In this document: one piece after another, positions 37,934 through 46,580 of the stretch
Numbering within the stretch: the first letter of the stretch is position 1
Layout: each line of letters begins with the position of its first letter
Assembly: GCA_039714255.1 (NCBI GenBank)
Contig: JBDLJQ010000001.1
Coordinates: forward strand, 96,251-160,250
Source: Acidobacteriota bacterium
Lineage (GTDB): Bacteria > Acidobacteriota > Aminicenantia > UBA2199
Length of the DNA stretch: 64,000 nt
Direction of reading: 5' to 3'
Notes under the pieces: generated by a model
Seen by the model: only the letters and a program-made list of their open reading frames with translations
Database searches by the model: none
Told to the model about the DNA's origin: nothing
Translations under genes and position numbers: made by a program

Positions 37934-38757
37934 TCTTTTATAAATCATCTTCAGCCGGTAATAGTTTCCTTGTTATTGAAAAAGAAGAGCTGAAAAATAA
38001 GAACAAAAATATATCAGAATTTTCCCGGAATATCTGTAACAGAGAGGAGGGTGCCGGTGCAGACGGCCTTATAATTTATGAAGACAGAGGCAGTTCTGTT
38101 AAATTTTCTATATTCAACAGAGATGGCAGCGAAGCTGAGATATCGGGAAACGGAATGGCGGGATTATCTTCCCTCTTATTTTATCTGGGAGAAAAAGAGA
38201 AAGAAATTGTTCTTGATACAAAAGCAGGGAAAAAAACTATCAGCCTTATCAAAAAGGAAGGGAATGAATTTAACCTTATGGTTGAGATAGGGGTTCCCGA
38301 TTTTTTTAACCTTGAATTCTTCCCCTTTCTGGAAGAGGGAAGAACATTTTATGAATATAAAGATTTTTCTTTTTATCCCGTCTCGGTGGGCAATCCTCAT
38401 ATAGTCCTTTTTCCTGAAACAAAACCGGAAAAAGACGAAATGATAAAAATAGGAGCCGAACTTGAACAGGGATCAATTTTTCCCCGGAGGACAAATGTTG
38501 AGTTCGTATTTCCTTTTAAAAAGAATATCACTAATACCGATACAGAGATAGATGCTTTTTTTTATGAGAGAGGGGCCGGAGAAACAAACCATTCTTCCAC
38601 CGGAAGTGCTGCAATTTATTCTGTAATGAAGAACCGGAACCTTTTAAACAAAGATCTGTTAATAAAATACGGGAGGAAAAATATCAGAATTCGGGGAGAA
38701 AATAAGATTTATATTGAAAATTATACAAAAATAGTTTATAAAGGAGTTTATCTTTAA
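37930..38757 (+). CDS. Diaminopimelate-epimerase-fold protein with both catalytic Cys replaced by Ser
   Basis: Aligns along its length with E. coli DapF (GNSFLVIE/GNDFMVVD, DGSEAEISGNG vs DGSEVAQCGNG, VGNPHIV vs MGNPHCV, YERGAGETNHSSTGS vs YERGAGETQACGSGA). The codons at the two Cys positions are tcg and tcc. There is a 4-nt overlap with htrA. Confidence 0.65.
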   Translation: MIFYKSSSAGNSFLVIEKEELKNKNKNISEFSRNICNREEGAGADGLIIYEDRGSSVKFSIFNRDGSEAEISGNGMAGLSSLLFYLGEKEKEIVLDTKAGKKTISLIKKEGNEFNLMVEIGVPDFFNLEFFPFLEEGRTFYEYKDFSFYPVSVGNPHIVLFPETKPEKDEMIKIGAELEQGSIFPRRTNVEFVFPFKKNITNTDTEIDAFFYERGAGETNHSSTGSAAIYSVMKNRNLLNKDLLIKYGRKNIRIRGENKIYIENYTKIVYKGVYL

Positions 38758-38762
38758 CTATA

Positions 38763-39398
38763 ATGAGAAAATTACCGGCTGCAATTCTATTATGTTTTGT
38801 GTTCACCTTCAGCATATTTCTATACGGTGATACACTGTATACAGTTGATAACAAAGTATACACGGGGAAACTTGTAGCTTTTAAATTTGACACCGTATAT
38901 TTTAATGTTTATAAATTCGGAAAAATTTCAGAAACAAAAAGATTCCCGCTCTTCAAGATACACAAAATTGTATTTAACCCGAAGAAAGATATGATCGAAT
39001 CCTCTTTTGAAATTGAACAAAAATATAAAAAGCTCAGAAGAGGCAAAAGGGTAAAAACCATAATACTTAAGGCCGGCACAAAATGGATGGATACAAATAT
39101 TAAACTGAGGGAAAAACAGAGCATCCTTTTTTCCACAACAGGATCCATAGTGATCAAGGGTGAACAAAAAGTTTATCAATATGGCGAACTGAATGTCAGC
39201 TTTCATATGCAGAAACAACTTCCCACACAGCCTACAGGCGCAATAATAGCAAAGATCGGTAAAGAGGGAACCCCTTTTTATATTGGAGCAAATCTCGCTC
39301 CCTTCAAAATCAATAAAGCGGGAAAATTGTTTATAGGGATAAACGATTTTAATTTTGACGATAATAGTGGTAATTTTACAGTTAAAATATATTATTAA
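38763..39398 (+). CDS. Secreted protein with a C-terminal PA-IL/LecA-like lectin domain
   Basis: Signal peptide. The C-terminus (GAIIAKIGKEGTPFYIGANL...INDFNFDDNSGNFTVKIY) resembles P. aeruginosa LecA (IGNSGTIPVN...[20 protein letters not shown]). Confidence 0.45.
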   Translation: MRKLPAAILLCFVFTFSIFLYGDTLYTVDNKVYTGKLVAFKFDTVYFNVYKFGKISETKRFPLFKIHKIVFNPKKDMIESSFEIEQKYKKLRRGKRVKTIILKAGTKWMDTNIKLREKQSILFSTTGSIVIKGEQKVYQYGELNVSFHMQKQLPTQPTGAIIAKIGKEGTPFYIGANLAPFKINKAGKLFIGINDFNFDDNSGNFTVKIYY

Positions 39399-40290
39399 AA
39401 ACTATAAATGGTTTAAATTTGTGAAGTTTAAGATCTTTACGGGCAATTGCCAGTAAATTGCCATCGTCATCAAATATTCTGTAATTTTCAGATTCACTCT
39501 TTGAAGAGATCTTAAGAATATCATTCAGTGAAAGTAATCCACCGTTAAGCACAACTCTCCTTCCATTATATGTTACTGTTATGGCAGGAAATTCAGGTAA
39601 CATCAGCTCAATGGGCATGATACTTTTATGGATCCCTTTATCCTGTTTTATTGTTTCCAGTTCCTCTATATTTGAAGCATCATCCAGAGTAAAATCACCA
39701 ACACCCTCTCTGACAAGTTTTTCAAGAAAAGCCCCGGCCCCGGTTTTTTCCCCTACATTATGGGCAAGGGAACGGATATAGGTCCCCGATGAAGTTTCCG
39801 CTCTGAACCATAACAGATCATTTTCCCTTATTTCAGTTTCCAGGGAAAAGATCTCAACTTCTTTCGGAGATATTTCTACTTCGATATCTTTTCTTGCATA
39901 TTTATATAAAGGGATCCCTTTATGTTTTTTTGCTGAATATATAGGCGGATATTGAAGGAACTTTCCCCTGAACGGTGAAAGGACAGGTTCCAGATCAATT
40001 TTATTAAGGTTTATACTTTTCTTTTCCCCTGCTATTTTACCTTCACTGTCGTATGTTGTAGTTGCATATCCAAATTTTATCAGGCCTGTATAGATCTTGT
40101 TTTTTCCGACGAAAAAATCAAAAAATTTCGTTGCATTCCCCACACCTACAAGGAGAAGGCCTTCAGCCAGCGGATCCAGCGTCCCGAAATGCCCTGCTTT
40201 TTTTACCTTGAATATTTCTTTTACTTTTTTTACAACTTCATGAGAACTTATCCCTCTCTCTTTTGCAACTAAAACCATTCCATTGATCAT
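39382..40290 (-). CDS. truB: tRNA pseudouridine(55) synthase
   Basis: GHFGTLDPLAEGLL is the TruB catalytic Asp motif, and there is a C-terminal PUA domain. Confidence 0.9.
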   Translation of the reverse strand: MINGMVLVAKERGISSHEVVKKVKEIFKVKKAGHFGTLDPLAEGLLLVGVGNATKFFDFFVGKNKIYTGLIKFGYATTTYDSEGKIAGEKKSINLNKIDLEPVLSPFRGKFLQYPPIYSAKKHKGIPLYKYARKDIEVEISPKEVEIFSLETEIRENDLLWFRAETSSGTYIRSLAHNVGEKTGAGAFLEKLVREGVGDFTLDDASNIEELETIKQDKGIHKSIMPIELMLPEFPAITVTYNGRRVVLNGGLLSLNDILKISSKSESENYRIFDDDGNLLAIARKDLKLHKFKPFIVFNNIF

Positions 40291-40309
40291 AAATAATTCC
40301 CGGGCCTTT

Positions 40310-41260
40310 TTATTTTAATTGTTTTTTAATAAACTCTATAACACTCTTTTTTGCATCAGAAAAATTTCCGGGGAAAAAGAATCCAGCTGCATGATCATGG
40401 CCTCCACCGTCAAAATGTTTTGCCATTTCAGAAGAGCTGAAACTGCCTTTTGACCTTACCGATATTCTGTAATAATCTTTTTTGATCTCTTTAAAGAAAA
40501 GTGTCACAACTACTCCCCTGATAGATCTTACAATTGAAATAATATCTTCTGTTTCGAAATGTTCAAGAGCAGATTTGCTTAAAAAATCTTTCCGGAAATT
40601 AATAACAGCAATTTTGCCGTTTTCCTCCAGATCCAGAGTGGAAAGTATTTTCTGCAAAAGCTGTATTTTTTCAACAGGGTTAGAGTTGAAAATAAGATCA
40701 CTTATATCATGGGGTGAAATATTTGATCTCTTTACAATTTCAGAAGCGATATTCAGGGATTTGAAAGTGGTGTTTGAATATTTAAATGAACCTGTATCTG
40801 AAGAAATAGCTGCATAAAGATTAAACCCTATCTCCTTTGTAAATTCAATTTCCAAAGCTACGCCTAATTCATACACCAGCTCTCCCACTGCTGATGCTTC
40901 CGGGTCTATCCAGTTTATATTTGATTCCATTGAACTTGTGGCATGATGATCTATATTGATGGTAAAATATTTATCCAGATTTTTTTGTCCACATCTCTCT
41001 TCACTACCCCCTTCAATAAGGAGCAACAGATCAAATTCATCCGGATAGATCTGTTTATGTTCTATGGAATCATAAGATGGAAATGCAGATATGGGAAAAG
41101 GTGCAATATCTATGTTTCGGTAGCTTACATCCTTCCCGAGCTGTTTCAACATAAGCATCAGGGCCAGTCCGCTTCCCACACAATCCGCGTCAGGCCTGAT
41201 ATGGGAACTAATTGCAATTCTTTTTGATTCAATTATTTTCTTCTTAATTTCATTTATCAT
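40310..41260 (-). CDS. nrnA: DHH-family phosphoesterase (NrnA-like oligoribonuclease / pAp phosphatase)
   Basis: DHH motifs (SSHIRPDADCVGS, NIDHH) and a DHHA1-like C-terminus with GGGH. Typical rbfA-truB neighbourhood. Confidence 0.75.
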   Translation of the reverse strand: MINEIKKKIIESKRIAISSHIRPDADCVGSGLALMLMLKQLGKDVSYRNIDIAPFPISAFPSYDSIEHKQIYPDEFDLLLLIEGGSEERCGQKNLDKYFTINIDHHATSSMESNINWIDPEASAVGELVYELGVALEIEFTKEIGFNLYAAISSDTGSFKYSNTTFKSLNIASEIVKRSNISPHDISDLIFNSNPVEKIQLLQKILSTLDLEENGKIAVINFRKDFLSKSALEHFETEDIISIVRSIRGVVVTLFFKEIKKDYYRISVRSKGSFSSSEMAKHFDGGGHDHAAGFFFPGNFSDAKKSVIEFIKKQLK

Positions 41261-41586
41261 GTTCCATTACCTTTTTTTGAAAAATTCTTCTGATCAAACT
41301 CAAATGCCGAATCAAAATAGAATTGTAACTCAGGAATATATTTAAGATGCATTGACCTCGATAACTCTTTTTTTATAAACCCTTTTGCTTTATTTAATTT
41401 TTTGAGTAATTCTTCTGTCTCAATACCTATGGTTGAAACAAAGATCTTTGCCAGTTTCAGATCCCTGCTGACGACAATATTTGAAATCGATACTATTTTA
41501 AGATCCGGATCATTAAGTTTATTTAATAAAATTTCTGCAAGTGAATTTTTCAGTGTACTGGAAAATTTTTCAACTCTAAAGGGCAT
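41257..41586 (-). CDS. rbfA: Ribosome-binding factor A
   Basis: KH-like RbfA sequence (LKNSLAEILLNKLNDPDL...VSRDLKLAKIFVS). Confidence 0.85.
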   Translation of the reverse strand: MPFRVEKFSSTLKNSLAEILLNKLNDPDLKIVSISNIVVSRDLKLAKIFVSTIGIETEELLKKLNKAKGFIKKELSRSMHLKYIPELQFYFDSAFEFDQKNFSKKGNGT

Positions 41587-41867
41587 CAGACAAACTCAAT
41601 ATCGGCTTTTATTATTTCAACAGGATAATTACTAAAAATAAACTCTTCGATCTGGTCAAAAATTTTCTGGATATATGACCTGGAGTTGGAAACCATTGCC
41701 ACTGATATTTCTATCTTTTTCCATGTATTCTGGAATCCACTCTCAATTATTGAAATATTATACCTGTTCTTTAACTTCTCTTTTATACTGAGAACTATTC
41801 TTCTTTTCTCTTTTAAACTATGGGTATCTCTTGAGAACATTTCAATCTTCATAATACCGGTTATCAT
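41586..41867 (-). CDS. DUF503 (YlxP-like) protein
   Basis: 93 aa with the conserved SLKEKR motif, between infB and rbfA as in Firmicutes. Confidence 0.7.
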   Translation of the reverse strand: MITGIMKIEMFSRDTHSLKEKRRIVLSIKEKLKNRYNISIIESGFQNTWKKIEISVAMVSNSRSYIQKIFDQIEEFIFSNYPVEIIKADIEFV

Positions 41868-44233
41868 TCCTGCTGTTTTAATTCATAAGCTTCAAGGACA
41901 TCTCCAATCTCTATCGAATTAAAATTTTTCACTTTTATGCCACATTCTGTTCCGGCTTTTACTTCCTTTACTTCATCCTTTATCCTTTTAAGGGTTTCTA
42001 TCTCACCTTCAAAAACCAGATCATCATTTCTCAAAACCTTCAGTTTGGATTTGTTTGTAACTTTTCCTTCTTTAACTATACATCCGGCAATGATCCCGAG
42101 TTTTGAGATCTTGAATTTTTGAAGAACTTCAATTTTTCCGATCAGGGTTTCTATAAATACAGGCTCAATTTCACCTTTAATAGCTTTATCAAGCTCTTCC
42201 ATAAGGTGATAAATAACATTATACAATTTTATTTCGACTTTTTCCCTTTTTGCCGCTACCAGTATTTTCTGTGGAGCTTTCACATTAAATCCTAAAATTA
42301 TTGCACCGGAAGTTGAGGCCAGAAGTATATCGCTATCACTGATATTACCTATGCTTTTATGTATAAGGTTGATCTTCAGGTCTTTATGCCCCATTTTCAT
42401 CAGGATCTCTTCAAGTATTTCACCCGAACCAAAATTATCTGTTTTAAGAATTATTGGAAACTCTTTTATCTTTTTTTCATCAAGTTTTTGAAAAAGGTTT
42501 TGCAGGCTGAGCTTTTTATCTGCTTCGATCTCATCTCTTTTATTCTCTTTTTTATGATGTTTCCTCAACTCAATAACTTTTTTCGCTTTAACAATATTGT
42601 CAACTATCTGCAGCCTTTCTCCGGCTTCAGGTACCACTTCAAATCCCATTATTTTAACAGGCCATGGCCTTTCTGCTATGTTCAGGGTCTTTCCTGTATC
42701 ATCAAAGATAGATCTTATTTTTCCTGTTGAATTCCCGCAGATAAAATAATCTCCCCTTTTTACATCTCCCTCCTGTATCAGAACAGTCCCTATTGGGCCC
42801 AGTTTCGGGTCAAGATGAGATTCAATAATGGTCCCCCATCCCGGGACCCCACTGTAAGCTTTTAATTCCTGCATCTCGGAAACAAGATTAACCATTTCAA
42901 GCAGCGAATCAAGATTTTGATTCAGTTTTGCTGATATATCTACAGAAACCACATCTCCACCCCAATCTTCAACCACCAGATTGTGAGTAGTAAGTTCCTG
43001 CTTGACCTTATTCGGATCAGCACTATCAAGATCAATTTTATTTATCGCAACAATGATGGGGACATTTGCAGCTCTTGCATGATCAATAGCCTCTATGGTC
43101 TGAGGCTTAATACCATCATTTGCAGCGACTACAAGTATTACAATATCAGTTACCCTGGCTCCTCTTGCCCTGAGATTCGTAAAAGCTTCATGCCCCGGTG
43201 TATCAATAAATATAACTTCACCTTTTTTTGTTTTTAATCTATATGCACCTATACTCTGAGTAATCCCGCCTGCTTCACCGTCAACTACTTTGGTTTTACG
43301 TAAAGTATCAAGCAGGGTTGTTTTTCCATGGTCAACATGGCCCATGACCGTAACAATTGGTGACCTCGGGCTTAATTCTGATTTGTTCTTATTTATATAG
43401 TCTGAAAATATGGACTCTTCAAATCCGACTATATCAACCTCAACATTAAATTCTTTGCAGATTTCTTTTATCCCATCTTCATCAAGAAACTGGTTCGGGA
43501 GAAACTCTTTTCCCCGACTCCTCATTTTGTCTTCAATAAATTTCAATTTGATATTAAGTTTGTCACCAAGCTCTTTTAATGTAATAAAATCCGATGTCTG
43601 GATCAATTCCGGTACGTTTGTCAGGTCAGCCTCTTTTCTTTCAATTGTTGATACTTCCTTTTTTACTCTTTCAGATGCATCTTTTTTACTGTTTCTGTGA
43701 TGAAATTGTGAATGTCTCCGGGGCCTGTTATATTTTGGAAATTGTTTTTTCACTACCGGCTTTGCTTTAGTTACAGTTGCTTTCTTTTCCACCGGTGTTT
43801 CTATATCAACTTTTTTTACTTCCGGTTTTTTTACTACCTCTTTTTTCTCCTCCGGTTTTATTTCAGCTTTTTTTATCACTTGTTCTTCCGGTTTTTTTAT
43901 TTCCGGCTTCACAACTTTTTCTTCAACTACAACTTCCTTTTCCTTAATGATCTCTTTCGGTTTTTCAACCTCTGTAATTTCCTCTTTTTTTACTTCCTCT
44001 ACTGCCTTTTCTTCTTTTTTCTTTTTCCCTTTTCCCAGATTCTTGAATTCTTTAACAATATTTTCAAATTTATCAAGATTCTGGGAAAAATCTCTTAATA
44101 ATTCAAGTTGTTCCATTGATATGGCAGAAGAGTGGGATTTCACCGGGATACCATTCTTCTCAAGGAAGAACATTGCCAATTTGTTTGATATGTTAAATTG
44201 TTTTGTCGCTTCATGTAATTTAATATTCTGCAA
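41864..44233 (-). CDS. infB: Translation initiation factor IF-2
   Basis: G domain ([21 protein letters not shown]). The Lys/Glu-rich N-terminal region has KPE repeats. Confidence 0.95.
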   Translation of the reverse strand: MQNIKLHEATKQFNISNKLAMFFLEKNGIPVKSHSSAISMEQLELLRDFSQNLDKFENIVKEFKNLGKGKKKKEEKAVEEVKKEEITEVEKPKEIIKEKEVVVEEKVVKPEIKKPEEQVIKKAEIKPEEKKEVVKKPEVKKVDIETPVEKKATVTKAKPVVKKQFPKYNRPRRHSQFHHRNSKKDASERVKKEVSTIERKEADLTNVPELIQTSDFITLKELGDKLNIKLKFIEDKMRSRGKEFLPNQFLDEDGIKEICKEFNVEVDIVGFEESIFSDYINKNKSELSPRSPIVTVMGHVDHGKTTLLDTLRKTKVVDGEAGGITQSIGAYRLKTKKGEVIFIDTPGHEAFTNLRARGARVTDIVILVVAANDGIKPQTIEAIDHARAANVPIIVAINKIDLDSADPNKVKQELTTHNLVVEDWGGDVVSVDISAKLNQNLDSLLEMVNLVSEMQELKAYSGVPGWGTIIESHLDPKLGPIGTVLIQEGDVKRGDYFICGNSTGKIRSIFDDTGKTLNIAERPWPVKIMGFEVVPEAGERLQIVDNIVKAKKVIELRKHHKKENKRDEIEADKKLSLQNLFQKLDEKKIKEFPIILKTDNFGSGEILEEILMKMGHKDLKINLIHKSIGNISDSDILLASTSGAIILGFNVKAPQKILVAAKREKVEIKLYNVIYHLMEELDKAIKGEIEPVFIETLIGKIEVLQKFKISKLGIIAGCIVKEGKVTNKSKLKVLRNDDLVFEGEIETLKRIKDEVKEVKAGTECGIKVKNFNSIEIGDVLEAYELKQQE

Positions 44234-44242
44234 TTAAGCCTC

Positions 44243-45301
44243 CTACAGTTTTTTCTGAGTTACTTTAGTAAAATTTTCCATTCTGTTCGTAAGCTGGAGA
44301 TTCCACCTGGTAAGACGGGATGCAAGCTTTATATTGATTCCCTTTTTTCCTATGGCGGCAGATAAAGTACTCTCAGAGACCGTTACTTCAGCCATTTTAT
44401 TTTCTTCATCAATTATTTTTACTTTTGTTACTTCGGCAGGAGTTAATGCAGATGATATAAACCTTTCAACTGATTCATTCCAGGCTATAACATCAATTCT
44501 TTCCCCCTGCAATTCTTTGGTTATTGATAAAACCCGGTTTCCATTCATACCTACAACGGCTCCAACGGGATCCACAGATTTATCGGTTGAATAAACTGCT
44601 ACTTTTGTTTTTACACCAGGTTCCCTTGCAATCCCGAATATTTTAACGATCCCTTCAGATACTTCCGGTACCTCTTTTTTGACCAATTCCCTGACAAAAT
44701 CATTCATATAGCGTGAGCCAAGCACAAGGGGGCCCTTTCCTTCCGAAAAAACCCTTTTAACATAGAACCTGATAATATCTCCTCTGTTAAACTCATCTTT
44801 CGGAGATAACTCTTTATGGGGAATAATTGCTTCTCCGATCTCCAGAGCAGCTATTATTCCATTCTTTTCTATCCGCCTTACATCACCGGAAATAAGGGTA
44901 TCGGTTAAATTAACATATTTTGAATAAATAGTATGCTGTTCTGCTTTCTGAACCTTATCCATAATAATATTTCTGGCGGTCTGAGCGGCAACTCTGCCAA
45001 GAGTTTCTCCGGGAAGAAAAATTTTTATCTCATCCCCGACCTTGGCTTTGGAATCGTGCTTCAAAGCCTCTTTCCAGGAAATTTCCGAAGAATCGGAAGG
45101 TTCATTTACAACTGATTTTTTTGTATAGACATTTATCCTGCCCTGCTCTTTATTGATCTCGACCTGAATATCGGCCTTGTGGTCAAAATATTTGTCAGCT
45201 ACAGTGAGTAATGCTTCTTCTATGGCAGAGTAGAAAATATCGGGAGAAATACCACGCTCCCTGCTTAATTGTTCTATGCTTCTCAATAACTCTTCTGCCA
45301 T
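44243..45301 (-). CDS. nusA: Transcription termination/antitermination factor NusA
   Basis: The N-terminal domain, S1 and two KH domains are recognisable. 352 aa, so there are no C-terminal AR domains. Confidence 0.9.
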   Translation of the reverse strand: MAEELLRSIEQLSRERGISPDIFYSAIEEALLTVADKYFDHKADIQVEINKEQGRINVYTKKSVVNEPSDSSEISWKEALKHDSKAKVGDEIKIFLPGETLGRVAAQTARNIIMDKVQKAEQHTIYSKYVNLTDTLISGDVRRIEKNGIIAALEIGEAIIPHKELSPKDEFNRGDIIRFYVKRVFSEGKGPLVLGSRYMNDFVRELVKKEVPEVSEGIVKIFGIAREPGVKTKVAVYSTDKSVDPVGAVVGMNGNRVLSITKELQGERIDVIAWNESVERFISSALTPAEVTKVKIIDEENKMAEVTVSESTLSAAIGKKGINIKLASRLTRWNLQLTNRMENFTKVTQKKL

Positions 45302-45367
45302 GTATTTTCCTCTTCATTTTAAGTCACCGGTTATTATAAGGAATTTTTTCTTAAAAATCAACCTTAA

Positions 45368-46483
45368 TCACCTTTTTAGAGCACCCGCAAACCATTCCCA
45401 CAGTCTTTTATGAAATTTTAAAGATGACGGATCATTCATAAGAAAGCTTTTTAAAGTAAAATAGGGCCCATTTTCAGGATCACCTGTGAAGAATTGTATA
45501 CCTTTATAGAGGAGATGAGGTTCCGGGTGAAATTGAACCCCAAGCACATTAGTAAATTTTTTGTGTTCCAGTGCTTCAATTACCTTTCCGTCCATAGACC
45601 CGGCAGCTACAAAGAGATCTTTACCTCTCTTTTCAACTGCCTGATGGTGGGATGAAAGTATATAAGGGATATTATTCACTCCCCCGTTTATATTTTTCAG
45701 AATAACCGACCTGTTCCTGATCTTAATTCTATGAAAAGCCGGGGCAATCATATCTTTGGAACCGGGAAACATCAGTTTTTTATAAACCGAACTGTGGATC
45801 TTATCCTCATCCTGTGCAAGGACCTCATCCACTGACCTGAACTTATAAATTTCAGAGGGGATATCCTGGTATAGTGTACCGCCGGCTGCTACATTCATAC
45901 TCTGAGCTCCCAGACATATACCCAGTACCGGATACTCTTTATCTTTCTCCAGAAAAGGTTTAAAAGTTTTATTCTGAAACCCTCCTATCAAATGAAATAG
46001 GAAAGATACTTCATACATTGACCGTACCGGTGAAGTGGCAACGGTCAGCAACCTGTTCTTTTCACCGTAGATCACAGGTGGAATATCCATTCCTCCTGTA
46101 AAAATTATTCCGTCACTCTCATTAAAAATTGTATAGAACTGGCTGCTCCATAAATTTTTTTTAAAGAGATCATTTCCACTTACGTTCCCCCTTATCTCAA
46201 TAAATTCTACCCATCTAAGGTTTTTTTTTGCTACAAAATCGAAAGATTTTTTATAGTCTGTAAGTTCATTACGGTGATAAACACAAAGGAGCTTCATGTC
46301 TTTTATATCGACTATCCCTGTCTCTCTCATTGCCACAATATTTTTTATCTGTGAAACTGCGGGCCTGCACATAACAAGATTTACACTTTTATTTTCAGTT
46401 TTTTCGACCGATCCCGGAAACCCGTAAACAGCCATAATACCGATTAGAAATAACAATAGAATTTTAGAAATAATTTTCATTTT
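45368..46483 (-). CDS. Secreted class-I glutamine amidotransferase-like hydrolase (peptidase C26 / gamma-glutamyl hydrolase family)
   Basis: GICLGAQ (nucleophile elbow), HHQA and FHPE motifs. The probable start is the Met at 46483 (MKIISKILLLF signal peptide), not the ORF start at 46561. Confidence 0.6.
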   Translation of the reverse strand, partial: KMKIISKILLLFLIGIMAVYGFPGSVEKTENKSVNLVMCRPAVSQIKNIVAMRETGIVDIKDMKLLCVYHRNELTDYKKSFDFVAKKNLRWVEFIEIRGNVSGNDLFKKNLWSSQFYTIFNESDGIIFTGGMDIPPVIYGEKNRLLTVATSPVRSMYEVSFLFHLIGGFQNKTFKPFLEKDKEYPVLGICLGAQSMNVAAGGTLYQDIPSEIYKFRSVDEVLAQDEDKIHSSVYKKLMFPGSKDMIAPAFHRIKIRNRSVILKNINGGVNNIPYILSSHHQAVEKRGKDLFVAAGSMDGKVIEALEHKKFTNVLGVQFHPEPHLLYKGIQFFTGDPENGPYFTLKSFLMNDPSSLKFHKRLWEWFAGALKR

Positions 46484-46580
46484 ACCTCCGGTTTTTCTTA
46501 AAAATAAGATAATAGAAAAATCAAAAAATTGCAAATTTCTGTTTATTGGAATCCTTATCACTCTATGATATTATTCAACC

